From Octopus sinensis (lineage: Eukaryota): a stretch of 64,000 bases of DNA. This document shows positions 12,501 through 26,100 of this stretch, in pieces. Below the pieces are notes generated by a model. The model had not been told where the DNA came from. It made no database searches and saw only the letters and a program-made list of their open reading frames with translations. The first letter of the stretch is position 1, and each line of letters starts with the position of its first letter. The position numbers and the translations under genes were made by a program. The DNA lies in assembly GCF_006345805.1 (NCBI RefSeq), contig NC_042997.1, positions 137,206,001 to 137,270,000 of the forward strand, written 5' to 3'.

Positions 12501-14428
12501 AAAACTTTAATATAATATGAAATATGGGTTGCACTACTCTCACAAGTATCAAATGTTGTGTGGTCCCATTTAAGTATTTCAAATAGCTTGGTGTTGGAAG
12601 CTGGAATTAGTAATGTCACCCTAAACCTAATTCACAGTATTTTGTGAATAGTCAATACAATAACTTTAATAAAGTTGCTTAATTTACCAGCCAAATACCC
12701 TTAAACTTCCTTCCACCTTTCTTATATTGACCATTTGTTTATGTTAATTATTTTGATGATCATACAAAATAAAGACAGGTAGAACATTGCTGAAGTATTT
12801 ATTTAATTGGTTACTGCTCTATTCATGTAAACATTGGTTCACATGAATAGCTCTATCAATGACTAATAACTACATGCAAAATATGGTTTTGTATTTCAAG
12901 CAATGTTTTATCTTCACAGATCATTGTTGCTTTGTCAAAGATCTATGCAACATGATATATACAAATGCTGCACTAAATTATCATTATAACAAGTTCATCT
13001 CTGCTGGCATGAATGGGACAAAAATTTACAGTATGGCATATCACCACTTATCTCAATTCAGTGTCATATCACCTAGGATTCATCATTCTGAGATCTGGCA
13101 TCACCATTTTCCATGATTTCATTGAGCTTCCTTTTCCAAAAATACTTTCCAATGTTAATACATGGTACTTATCCACACAGCACAACTATTCACACTCATG
13201 TCCATACCAGTTGGCTCCCTTATGTCAGTTGATGTCTTATGTCCCAATACTGTTTCAACTTACTTTTGATTCCATCTTGCATGCAAATTAACATTATATA
13301 TTCAATAGATCATATTTGACACATTTCTTATGAGCGGTATTGTGGCATCTCATTGACTGCAACATATCAAAAAAAGTAGCTATTGAACCATTGATGACAA
13401 TGATACACAAATATTTAGAAATTGTTATGACATCATCCCCATCACCTTAATCATTTGACATTCATTTTCCAAGCTGGCATGGTTTGATCTAGCAAGTTGA
13501 AGGGCTGTGTTGAGCACCAGTATCAGCTTTGACATGTTTTTTTTTTTAATGGCTTGATGCCTTTCCTAATGTCAACCACTTTACAGTGTGTACTGGGTGT
13601 TTTTTTCATGCTATTAGCACTAGTGAGGTCATAAAGGAATATGTAAGACAAGAAAAGGACAAGGAAGAAAAATTTTTTAAAAACCCTCCTCAATTAAATG
13701 GGGGAGGAGTGATGGTTCTATGACAGTCGTTGATAGGCTAAAGTGTGATGGAGGGACAAGCCCAGATGTCTTGCTATTGAAGAGATACAAAGCCACCCTG
13801 CATTATATAAAGATGGATGAAAGTAGCTGGAAAAATATAATTGATGATTGTGATGGGACACTAGAGCACTTCAAGGTACAAGAGATGTTCTAGTATCCCT
13901 AGTTTACTATTATTCTATTAACAAAAATATTTTTTCTGTTGAATTAGAATGCAGTTGTTACACACCTGTATGAACTTTGAAATGTTTAGCTAATTGACTT
14001 GCATCAGCATAAGACCTGTAACATAGTCCACACTTGTGAGGCTTGTCAGTCAGATGAAGTCCCTCGTGAAGTTTGGCACCGGTAGCTGTTGTAAATCGTT
14101 CAGTGCAAAAATCACATTTATACAGCTTTTCATCAGTATGTGTCAACATGTGAATGGTAAGACATGTTGGTTCTGAAAATGTCAGATAACAGAAGGAACA
14201 CTTCAATGACTTTGTTCGCACTTCTTCATTGTCAATATGTTTGCTAAGCTTCAAAGACGATGGGAAGGACTTGTCGCAGTAAACACATTTATAGGATTTC
14301 TTATCATTATGTTGTTCACTGTGTTCTTCTAGCATGGTGTACTGTGAAAAGCTTTCATTACATATCTCACAAGAAAATTTTTTACTCATAGCTGAATCTA
14401 CTGATACTGAAACTGGAGAAATAGGTTC
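9523..14428 (-). CDS. C2H2 zinc-finger protein, 8 fingers (finger 2 degenerate) plus a Gln/Ser-rich tail. Exons 14428-13966 and 10136-9523; first in-frame ATG at 14389 gives 345 aa
   Basis: The HTG|IKPYKC junction is formed by a GT donor at 13965 and an AG acceptor at 10138-10137. Canonical TGE(K/R)PY linkers occur in the last three fingers. Acceptor ttaacag|GAA at 14429, with an in-frame TAA just upstream. Confidence 0.88.
10700..11127 (+). mobile_element. RTE LINE 3'-terminal fragment
   Basis: Encodes GRSGPRKIWDEVVKKDLQALGL..DQDFWKFAMLEK*, matching the C-terminus of the RTE at 2818-3075, followed by the same 3' UTR and (ATG)n tail. Confidence 0.75.
11128..11496 (+). mobile_element. Non-autonomous Helitron-like element
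   Basis: Starts A|TC followed by (TA)n, ends CTAG|T, has a subterminal GC-rich hairpin at 11457-11497 and no TSD. Confidence 0.6.
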
Positions 14429-16493
14429 CTGTTAATATGAGAAATCCAGGTTTGAATTTTTAGATTTCATTATTCAGTATATTCTTCCACTGACATTGAT
14501 GAGAACCACAAATATTCTCCTATAAAAGAATATAAACTTAACTTCAGATAAACATGTTAAACTTTCAAATCTATAGAGTATTCTTAATTGGCTTCAAAGA
14601 TAAATACAAAACTAATACTTTTATACATATATAAGACTATTAGATCATTATATCTATTAAAACATTATTTCAAGTAATTTTCTATCCTTTGACACAACTG
14701 AATGCCCAATACTCTTTTAGGCAGTATCTGCTATTCCAGAGGAGGAGGGGGAACAAAGACAGATATTAGAAAGATAAAGATACGCACTGGCTTATGAGGT
14801 ATCAAATTCAATAATCTGTTTAAATAGCACAAGGTTTAGCTTTGCTTTCCCTCTAAAATTAAATAGTGTACCAGTAAAATATCGGTGTTGAAAAAAATAA
14901 CGCAGTAAGTGCTAAGAAGTAGTTTTTTTTAATGTCTTATTTGGCAGATATTAGGTATTAGAAAGCACAGAATCAACTTGTACAGGTACTTTAATTTTTT
15001 TAAATCTCGATATATAATTAACTTATTTTTTAAAGTTATGTAAAAAAAAATTACCTACAAAGAGCAGCAAGAATTATAAAAATATAACATTCTGCCTTTA
15101 ACTTATTTGTTTAGTAAATTAAATATTTTTTATCATTTGGACATATATTTATTGCTTTTCAGATGATTGATTCGATTTCATTACTTTGATATAATTCTAA
15201 CTTGCTATTTTCATACATTTTCATAGCTATTTTAGACATTTTAAAGTCTCGTATCTTTGTAAAAACAGCACCCACAAACTGTGAATTTGATTGTGCCAAG
15301 TGTGCAATTTGCAATCAGTCGTTGTTCCCTTTTAATTGTCTCTCCCCTGGTTTAGATTCTCTACTTCGTGTTGATATTTGTGTCTTGATGTTAGTAAATA
15401 TCTTTACTAATATCAAAAATGACCTATAAATTTGTATTCTGGTTATTAAAAAGTTTATTAAAGTCGTAAAATTGAATCAAGTGCTCCTTGGTTTATTCAA
15501 ATTGTTCGAAAGTTAACCTTAAAAGTTCTTAGTACTTCTTGCATTTTACTACTACCCGTATAATATTAGCGGCAGATGCAGTTGATACAAAACAAAACAT
15601 GACCTGCCCAGAAAAAAATGTGTTGGTTTGTAAGAGAAAGTATTTTTTGTAGCTAACTTTCCAGAAATAAATAGTAACTGGAACAATAACATCAAATGGA
15701 AATAAAACCGCCCGGGTAGATGTTATTTCAACCTCAGATAGCATGTAATATCAATACAAATAAACAATATCAAACCATTATCACTGGTGGATTGTTGAGA
15801 GAAAACAAACAGCTGAGAGGTCATTCTTGAAATTTACTGCTGCACTCCAATGAAAAACTGACATGTGCCGTGCTGGTGTTGACGATGAAGTACATAATCT
15901 ATATCCTATTGCTACATGCCGCTCGTTGCTTCTATCTTCTGTTTACTTTTGCAATTCATTGAAAAATTCACACAAGTTGCAACTGTTTGATACGTACGAT
16001 TTTTGTTAGCAGACATCCGGTTGTTATCGGTGTAAAGCTTAATAAGTCATTTGTGAAAATCTTTTCCGTAGATGCATGACTTCTTTGTATTTACCCCCTC
16101 CTCCGAAGTTGTTGGTCTTCTGCCTAAATTTAAAACCAATATTCACACACACACCCAGAATTTATGTATGCAAACTTATATACATACATGCATATACACA
16201 ACTACACGTTTGAAAATAAGTCTTCCCAACCTCTCTTTCTCCTATAACTCTACCCTAACTCACTCTCTCCACCTGACTCTTACCCACTCTTCACCCTACA
16301 ATTTGATATCACATTAAACTGGGGTAGACTTTTAGCCATCTGAATCATGGTATGCAGGTCCTAGCTAAATGAGGCAATGCAAGGACATAACTCTGATGGG
16401 CTTAAAATACAACCTTGTCTGTCTCATATAGCTGTGTTCTTTCATTTTTTACAAAAATATTGAGTTCCATAAATTGGACATAACATTTTAAGG

Positions 16494-16560
16494 CAGAGGT
16501 TCTCAAACTTTTTGAGCCACCGCTCCCCTTTTGGCCACATAATACCCTCAGCACCCCACC
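16494..16560. mobile_element. Probable hAT-type terminal inverted repeat (one end only)
   Basis: CAGAGGTTCTCAAACTTTTT resembles hAT (Charlie/Tip100-type) termini. I did not find the partner end. Confidence 0.35.
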
Positions 16561-16640
16561 TCTATTTTTATATATAAATAAATATTTTATATTTTATTAA
16601 TTTAGATATGTTGTGAATCATTTGATATTTAATATAATAT

Positions 16641-17903
16641 TGTTATGAAACGGACGGAATCGCCCGCCGTCGTCGCTCGCCCGCCGTCGTCGCTCGCCCG
16701 AACGGCTCACAAATTCGCCACAGAACCCAAAGAGGAGGAGAGAGGAGAGACACTGCAACAACAACCGCAGCAGCACAGAGATACAGAGACACAACCCAGA
16801 GAGACACCCCAAAAGAGGCACAGAGGCAACAGAGACACTGGCTTATATTTAACAACAGTTTATATGACAATCAATTGCTACACATCAAATACATTTAAGG
16901 CAGACATTTAAAGGAAGACATGCACGTGACTACTCAATACATCATACAACAGATCAAAGCATAATACAACAGCAATTCAAGAGTACAATTTACAGTTCAC
17001 GTCCGAAGACAACAGTTCTCTAAAGTCTCTTCCTAAACATCACAGATAAAGTCACATCAACAAGTCCTTTACTTAATTCTGAACATAAATACCACAACTC
17101 GATAATCGACATATCGACAGAGTCCTTGACTGTTCTCTTCACTGTTCAATACACCGTGACACATATCAATGCAAAACACATACCTCAATTCCTAATTGAA
17201 TCTGCCAGTGTCCCATTCCTCTCAATACTGCTAAATCCTCTGAATACTGCTAATTCCCTTCTGTGCCGCCAAGCTCTCTCGCATCCAACTTGCTCCTAAA
17301 ATTCCAACGCTTCCAAGATTCCATCTACTCGCTCTGACCTCCAGAATCCAACTGTCTTCTTCAAGGACTGGCCAGCGACTCCAAGATCCGTCTGTGTTCC
17401 TCGACGACCGCTCAACGATCGCCAAGACCTCACTTCCTCTCTGACCTCGCTTCCACTCCCTCATCTCCCTCTTATAGCCTTTCTATTTGCTATCTCATTC
17501 CTTACTCTATCTATATCGCCTACTGTCCCTTAGCCTCTCTATCTGCTCTCTGATCTTACTGCCTATCTCTATCGCCCGCCAGACTCTTCCTCTCTATCTG
17601 TCCCTTACTGCTTATCCTTTCTATTTGCCCTCTGCTCTTACTCTATCGCTATCGCCTGCCAGACTCTTAGCCTCTCCATCCGTCCCTTACTGCTTATACT
17701 CTATCTCTATTTGCTCTCAGCCCTTAATCTGTCCCTTTTCTTTCACTTCTCACTGACCCTCTTATCAACCACACGAGGTCACAGGTCATTCCAAAACCCA
17801 TCAGTCCTCCATTAGACAAAGAACCCGTCACATTTTCACCAGACATGATGGTGCCATTATTCCTATGTGGGTCAGAAACACTGCACTAATTAAACCCGTA
17901 ACA
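16641..17903. mobile_element. Solo LTR (1263 bp)
   Basis: Termini TGTTA...TAACA; 4-bp TSD ATAT at 16637-16640 and 17904-17907. GC-rich with strong purine/pyrimidine strand asymmetry and internal short repeats. Confidence 0.8.
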
Positions 17904-19048
17904 ATATTATATAATTTGCATACAGTACTATATTATAATAATTTCATAGCATACACCAAAAAAGAAACTTTCGTTACATATTTTTACTCAATAAAATAAT
18001 GAACAAATTTGCAACGCATATTGGAGAAGTTAGCAGTGTAGTTGCATCTGTGTTTTTTTAAAGGTTTTAATTATATCAGGAGCAGGCTTTGGGCTTAACT
18101 AAGTGTCTATGATAGGCATGAAATGAAATTATTGACTTGTTCGAACAACAACTTAGTCATTTTATTTGTCATAAATCATACATACAAATAACAAATATTG
18201 GAAGTGTAACAGATATGGTTAAGTGTGTCAAAGAAAGGCATTTTGGTGTAAGCAGAGAATATATGGTGATCTGTGTTGAAATATCTTAATACAAAACTTA
18301 CAGTAAATTAATTGAATTTTCGCGGAGAAGAAATAATCTTTCTCTTCAGGAATGTGAAAAAGAAAGGTGTTCAAAAGCATTTGATTGTTGGACAAAGATT
18401 TCCGAGATCTTCTGATGGTTCAACATTATTCACACTTCAGTTGGAGTTCTTCTCTCTTCGAAGTACAGCAGAAACAGATCTTGTTGCCTTTCTGTTTTGC
18501 AAAAGAACCTTTAGTGTCAACGTTCAGCAAAGTGTTGCACACATGCACAGCGATAGAAACACTATCATAAATGCAAACAATATGTGAAGGAAGATAGTTA
18601 ACTCACTTTGATACATCATATTATCCCATGGCAAGCCAATAAGGCATTAGGTAAAAAAGGGAAGCAACATTATAATACGAAAATTGAAAAATAAAGAACA
18701 AAATATGCAAACATACTGAGAGCAAGTGTCAGTAGTATGCTGCCTGGAAAGGTAGTTTCCATAGAGCTAGCATGTAATTTATGACATCTAAAAAACTATG
18801 CACAACTTTACAGGAAATAGAAATCACAAAATATAATGGTCAATAAGTGGTTGCAAGTGCAGGTCTTGCTTACTAGTAGTGCAGCAGTGTTAATGGTACT
18901 AGAGTCTCCCACAAAAGAAAAGAAATACATGCAACAAAGGAATGTATAAAAAAGGCAATGTCATAAGCCCTGTATGAAAGGAATTTCACACCAATAACAA
19001 GAGTTTGTTAATATAAATGTCACAAAGTTTGTGCATTAAAAACGTATA

Positions 19049-19727
19049 TGTTGCTATGGTGTTCATAGCAAAAGAAAAGAGATGAAAGACTAAAGCCATA
19101 ATAGTATACCACTAAAACAGCCCATCCAGGTAGGCTTTTAGGGAGGGGTTAGTTAGTTAGATAGTTGGTGACAACTCAATCAGTTAGTCAGTTAGTGACA
19201 ACTTGAGTTAGAGAGAGCTATTATTAGTTAGTGAACGGGCCACTAGAATCATGGCCACATGCAGACAGCCACTAAAACAAACGGCCAGAGGGAAAAAGAA
19301 AGTTTACAATCAGCGACGATGCGAGACAACGTCCCACACTCTCTCATTCTCACTAGCTCACTTTATTTTCTCTTACAACATCACTCTATTTCTATCTGTA
19401 ATTACTACTACACAATGATGAGAACACAAACACAAACTATACAAGGAAAATCTACACCTATCTTTACTTCGCATGCTTCTGGATTTTATCACCTGTCCGT
19501 CAAGGCAAGGTATATACAATATACGGTAAATATATATTTTCTTCACAACTTCAATCACTATTCTTTCATCTTTACATAATGACAATCAATGAAGAACCAA
19601 TCCTATCATACAGATTACATCCATCCTGCTGTGTATCAACTATCGCTTATCATATTATTGTTATCAAATAAAATTTCAACCGTATAAATTCATAAAAACT
19701 TCTACTGCTACAAACTGATGACCCTAC
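19049..19727 (+). mobile_element. Possible degenerate LTR followed by a decayed tRNA-Trp-type PBS
   Basis: TGTTGC(19049)...AAATAAAA...GCTACA(19712), then tgatgaccctac resembling TGGTGACCCCGAC. No TSD or coding domain recognised. Confidence 0.3.
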
Positions 19728-20680
19728 CATTACAGGTTCAATGAGAAAGATGAGCATAGTGAAGTGAAAGTAGCCTCTCAATCTCAGGCTGAATTGTACT
19801 AAGAATAAGCCTGAGATCACCATGCTCTGTAATTTGGAGAATACACCGCTGCTTTGTAAGAAGGTGAGTGACTGCACTGAATCTTCTCTCAACCAAATAA
19901 GACTAACTGGTTTAGTCGTCACCATGTGACTGGATTCATTGAGTTGTCACCGACTGTTTTTTGCTTGGGGTGTTCTTGCTTTTATTACTATCTAGAAGGA
20001 TAGATATATCATAATAGATTTAGTTGGTGGTCTTGTTATCTCTATTTTAGCTTTTGGTGAAGTAGAAGAGGTTAGAAAGGGTCAAGTGGTGAAGACATTA
20101 TTTCGGCCTAGCTAAAGGCATCTGGAAAATGTAAAACTGCTGTCAGAGAAAAACCATTATTCCATCATAGGAAAAGTTCTGTTGCCGTGTTAATTTAAAT
20201 TTGGCTATGGTGGATCAATTCCATTTCATGCATGCAAGATCCACTACATGCTTATATATTAATGGTGTACATAAATACATGACAGGTATATATAATACTG
20301 AAATATGCATAAAGTAAACACATGAAGACATATATTAATGTAACAAATTAAAAAAAATAAAAACATCCAGTCAATGAAGAGACAAAAGAAACAGTAAGAT
20401 GATACATGTCAATTTCATTAGGTATTTCTGTTTATTTAGAAACCAACAATGAACAGGTCATTTCACAGATGATAAACTATAAATTTCACAGGGTACAACT
20501 TCAAAGTTGACACTGCTCCGCTAAACGCAGAAAATTTCTGTCTTGCTATTGGCTAAAAGTACACAGTTTTTCTGATTTTTGAACCTTTGTAACCTTTTCC
20601 TCCAATTTTTTTTCTCCACAATAGCATACCTTCATAACAATGAGACTGGAAGACTATATTTTATTTATTTATGTGCCCTT

Positions 20681-21417
20681 TTCAAGCCTAGCCAGGCTCA
20701 TGGGCCTGGTTTCCTGGTTTCTATGGTGTATGTGTTCTCCCCAGCTGAACAGGACGCCAGTCCATTGCAGCGTTACTCAAGAAACAGGAAGAAAGAGTGA
20801 GAGAAAGTTGGGGCAAAAGAGTACAACAGTGATCACCACCATCCTCACTAAACACAAACAACGCCCGGTCTGGGAATCGAAACCACGATCCTCCAACATC
20901 AAGTCCGCTGCCGTAACCACTGGGCCATTGCGCCTCAAAATAAATGTACCCTTTTAAAGCCTAGCCAGGCTCATGGGCCTGGTTTCCCAGTTTCAATGGC
21001 ATATGTGTTTCCTAGCTGGACGGGATGCCAGTCCATCGCAGCGTTACTCATTTTTGCCAGCTGAGTGTACTGGAGCAATGTGAAATGAAGTGTTTTGCTC
21101 AAGAACACAACACGTCACCCGGTCCAGGAATTGAAACCACAATCTTACAATCATGATGCTGACACCCTAACCACTAAGCCATGCGCCTCCACTTGCACTC
21201 TTTTTAAAAACCTAGCTGGGCTCATGGGCCCGGTTTTTCGGCTTCAATGGCGTACGTGTTTCCCAGCATTACTCATTTTTGCCATCTGAGTGAACTGGAG
21301 CAACATGAAATGAAGTGTTTTGCTCAAGAACACAATGCATCACCCGGTCCAGGAATCGAAACCACAATCTTGTGATCATGATGCTGACACCCTAACCACT
21401 AAGCCATGCATCTCCAC
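20681..21417 (-). mobile_element. Three head-to-tail copies of a tRNA-derived SINE. A plus-strand copy lies at about 24513-24750
   Basis: Units at about 20681-20937, 20955-21192 and 21205-21417 share gcctagccaggctcatgggcc and a reverse tRNA-like head ending accactaagccatgcgcctcc (or close variants). The second and third units also share ttactcatttttgcca.ctgagtg. Confidence 0.75.
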
Positions 21418-21489
21418 GGAAGACCACATTATTGTAACTAATTTTCAGATTTTTTACTTCCTTTTAAAAAGTGCATATTTTGCGAATCA

Positions 21490-22590
21490 GTTTCACTAGA
21501 TTCCTTAATTTATCGACTCTGAAAGGATGAAAGGCAAAGTCGACCTCTGTGGAATTTGTACTCAGATCGTAGCGACAGGCGAAACAACTTTAAGCATTTC
21601 ATTTGGTACACTAATGATTCAGCCAGCTCACCGCCTTGTATGTATGTACTTATGCATGTATGTGTATGTATATATATGTATGGAAGGAATGAAACTAACA
21701 GCCTCTTCCTCCCTCCCAATGCCTCCTTTTTCTCAACCAATCCCACTGCCCCCTTAGGCACCAGCGCCCACCAGGGGTGGGGGGCAGTAGCGACTACTTT
21801 GAGAACTATCCAGTAGTAAAAGCCCAAGTCATACTTGTTCAATGGCTGTTGGATTTCCCTTTCCGTTTTTAGCATGATACTATTTGGTAACAGTATTAAT
21901 TGGCTGTCATGAGACTATGACATATAAATAATGGTTTTGACTTCTGGCAGAAGGCCAGAAACTTTGGGGGAGGAGTAAGTCAATTACTTTGACCCCAGTG
22001 TTCAATTGGTACTTATTTTATTAACCCTGAAAGGATGAAAGGTGGTAGCATTTGAACTCAGAACATAAAGGTGAAAGAAATGCTGCCAAGCATCTTTTCC
22101 AGAACAGCAACAATTGTACCAGCTCACTGCCTTACTATAATACGTAAATAATAATAATTTTGGCATGGGGCCAATAACTTAGAAGGAGCGGTGAGTTGAG
22201 TACATCAACCCCAGTCCCAACTGATCCTTATTTTATCAACTACTTAAGGATGGAAGGTAAAGGTCAACCACAGCAGAATTTGAACTCAGAATGTAAAGAG
22301 CTGGAAGAAATGCAGCTAAACCTTTTGTCCAACATACAAACAATTCTGCTAGCTCAGTGCCTTAAATAATGATAACAATCCTTTCTACTACAGGCACAAA
22401 GCCTGGAATTTTGTGGGATGGGGTTAGTCGATTACATCAACTTCAGTGTTCAACTGGTACTTTTCTTTTTAACTCTGAAAGGATGAAAGGTAAAGTCGAT
22501 CTTGGCAGCAATTGAACTCTGGAATGTAAAGATGGACGAAATGCCACTAAGCATTTTGTCCGGCAAAGCTAACGATTCTGTCAGCTTGCA
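21490..22590 (-). mobile_element. Cluster of four same-orientation SINE copies with a V-domain-like segment. More copies at about 31250-31390, 43612-43750, 47248-47455 and 56405-56630 (+)
   Basis: Repeated gaaaggatgaaaggcaaagtcgacctc..gaatttgaactc..gaaatgcc.ctaagcattt. The reverse complement has a tRNA-like head and tttcatcctttc..gataaaatgagtacc. Confidence 0.7.
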
Positions 22591-23188
22591 CTTATGTCTA
22601 GGTAACTAATGATCAACATTCCTCAGCCTGCAAAAGAACTCTTAGATTTTTGTTTGTGGGAGTGGGGACGAGGGGGTATATATTTTTGTAGCCAACACTT
22701 ACTGATAGAAAGTTGTAGCTAAGAGTAGATGTGTGGACTCTGGATCCACCATATACACTTATAGCATTTGCAACTTTGTTGATTGCAAGCAAAAACAATC
22801 ACATGTTTTCAGAATATCTCTCAAAGTGGTAGCAGATCTCATTGTTAGGCTGGAGAAACAGTTTGTCTAACAATGAGATCTCCCAAATTTTTTAGTATAT
22901 GTACTGCCGAAGCAAGTACATTGTGACACACAAGTTGCACTCAAAGAGTGATTAAAATTCTCATGACGTGACAGTGCAGTGTAACGTTCTGTACAGTACA
23001 TTCGGGAATGAAGATACATAAGACATATTCGGAACGCTATTTTCTAGCAATTTTTCTGTAGGTAGAAATTTTGTGTTTTGCATTTCACTCTGATACTGAA
23101 AAAGTATGCTTTCAGAAGTAATTATCTACCCTTTCCCCAGCTCTTGTTGTTTAATTCCACAAGGGAGCGCACCGTGCAATCAGCCGCT

Positions 23189-26100
23189 ATGGCGTCCAAA
23201 TCAGATGTCGCGACTAGTGTCGGCATGTCGGATAACGAATACACTGAATATATTCGGAAGAAGACGCAATCTGTTAAAAAATTGTATCAGAATAATCCGT
23301 CAGGAAAAAGAAAATCTGGTAAATTCTGGAAGAATACTCGTTCTAGGTAATATTATGTTGGTGTTTTTGTCAACACGTTACAAACACGTGTTTACTGGAA
23401 TTCTCTTAAATATTGATTTTTTTATGTGGTTTATATTATTTTCTAGTCATAAAGTTTATCTTTATAATATTATAGGGAATATAATTAATGGTAATCTTTC
23501 GTTTTACGTATCAAGAAAGTGATTGTAATATAAGAACAATACTGATAATTGCTATTCGCCAAGTTTTATTAACTGGTTTATCTCCCAGATCATTTCTAAC
23601 CATGACCACCCAATCTTTTTCATACGTAGGGCTATATCTAATGAAATCTTCTTTTCTAAGTCGATAGGGTGTAATTTGCTATTCCTGGCAAATCGAGCGA
23701 CCGCGTTGAAACATTAATTCTTCAATAAAACTGATTTTCGTCTTCGTAGTTTTATCAGGCTCTGTTTTCTTTTAATTATATTATCTGACAATTTAAGTGC
23801 TGTACCATTTTAAGGCATAGACACACTGAACAGTTGTCCAAGGGCCTCGCGGCTTTTGGGACCAAGTGCATTGATTTGATCGGAAGCGCTAGATATAAAG
23901 CTTCTAGTGAACAAAATTACTCATTTAAAAAAAAATCTTAATTGTTCGATTCTGTTTTCTGCTTGGAAATTTGCGGATTTTACATAGACACATGAAACAA
24001 GTAAGAACAAATATGCAAGGCTTTTTTTCTTCAAGTTTAAAACGAGACATTGACAAATTTGAGATCAAAAACGATTGCCAGAATATACAATAAACAAAAA
24101 TAATAGTATGTGATCCAGCATAGTAATAACGAAATCTTGTTAGTTGTTTTAGTGATTTTCAGTTTGTATTGGCTTGTAAACATTCGATGGTTCTTTCCTA
24201 TAATAATAATAATAATAAAGGCAAGTGCTTTCTCTCAGTTTTCCATCCTCAGTCTACAGGTACATGTTCAGAACCATTTACTCAGATCATACTCACCACT
24301 TTCATCTCCATCTTTCAAAAAATTTCGTGGGAGACAACGCCTCCCTGTCTAACCTTATTTGCTTTTCAAGTGAAACATGAAAAAGTCAATAAGGGCTTGT
24401 CCAAAGAAGTCTGTCTTCATATTTTTCAATCTCATCTACCATACAATCTCTTTTGCAAAGCTACCAGGCAGATTAAAAAATACCTGCCCTCCTCTATGAA
24501 AGGAAGATTAGTGGAGGCACATGGCTTAGTGCTTAGAGTGTTGGACTCATGATTGTAAGATTGTGGTTTCAATTCCTGAACTGGGCAATGCATTGTGTTC
24601 TTGAACAAAACACTTCATTTCATGTTTCTCCAGTCCACTCAGCTGGCGAATATGAGTAATCCTGTCCAGGAGCGGAATTTATATGCCTTGAAACAGGGAA
24701 ACCAGCCCTTGTGAGTCGGCATGACTCAAGAAGGTAACTTTACCTTTACTTAAAGGAAGGTGATGGGACAATTTTCTCAATGGTCTCAGTTGGTAACCTG
24801 GAATGGGGAGTTTGTTCTGCTTGGCAAAATTTTTCTAGGAGACCATGTATTAGGAAAGTCATGATAGCCTGATAAGAAAGAAGATAAATTCCTGAAAAAT
24901 GATTTAATCTTGCTTTTTTAAGTTATGTAAAAATAAAAGATATATCATGGGGGCGGTGTTAACTTTATTGACATTTGATTTGTTTGAAATAACCCCTAAT
25001 ATCTTCCTTAAATTACACATTACTTTAGCAAAAAAACAGATAGATTAGACAAAGTAGTCATAAATGTACTATGTTTGGAAATAAATAAGATGGTCACAAG
25101 AGAATGTCTTTAGTCATAGATTCATAGACCTGCTTAATCAGGGCTGATCTGGAACTAAGCAACAGGTAAAGCTGAGTCTGTCAAGTAATGGTTTTATGTA
25201 ATTTGGAAGCAGATTTTTGATTTCTAACTTGTTCAAATCATGAACGCTAGAGATATCTAAAGAAGTATATACCTTTGGTGGAGTTTTGGTTCTTGTTATT
25301 AGAACATCAAGTTGTTTCAATAAATTCCTCATTACTGCAAGTTCTTACGAAAGAAATTCTAACAAATTTTTTTCATCTTTTGATTTCATTAAGATAATTC
25401 TGTTTATAGTTTTTTTACCTTATTAATTTGTAACAGGTTTTCAGCTTTAAAAAAAGATAAATGTATGAGTTCAACATGGGCCAAGAAAACTCAGGAAAGA
25501 CTGGAAATGAAGGCTGTAAAGGATTTTGAGAAAGAACTTAAAGAACAAAAGGCAGCAGAACTTAGGGTAAATATATTTTTTGATAAGTAAATAAGGATTT
25601 CCTATATTTGAAGTGATAATATGAAAAAGAAATACTGTAATCATTAACAATTAGTGACATTAACCCATGACCAAAATAGTTTACCTTTTTTATGTTCAGA
25701 CTGACCAGATCCAGTCTCTCACACCTATCCTACAATGTCATTTTAAAGATAAACAATCACATCATCAAAATCTCATAACTACAAGATAATGCATGATTAA
25801 TTCAAAACAATGTGAATAAATAAGCATTACTTTTTACAGAATAATGAGATCATGATTTCAGTTATTTAATGGTTTAAGGGTGTATTCCCATATTGGTTTG
25901 ATAAATTTTTCACTTGCAATCTTTCAAGAAACCAATTAGATCCTGTAACTTAATGTATATTGTTTAAATATCCTGCTTTAAGTTACATTTTCATATCGAA
26001 AATGTTGCTACTACTGATCTCTCATCCATTACCAATTTAATCAAAAAGGTATGAGTAAACTTGAACAGAGTTGTGTGAAGTTCATCTGTAAAAATTCAAT

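Noticed and set aside
15200-16150. Region with coding-like composition, possibly an old transposase
   Set aside because: All frames are interrupted and no diagnostic motif could be identified.
17910-18600. Possible hAT transposase C-terminal remnant on the minus strand
   Set aside because: Only a faint PDI...Q..H resemblance; too degenerate to support.
25138-25332. 64-aa antisense ORF in CCDC86 intron 1
   Set aside because: No recognisable homology or linked exons; the length is within chance expectation.
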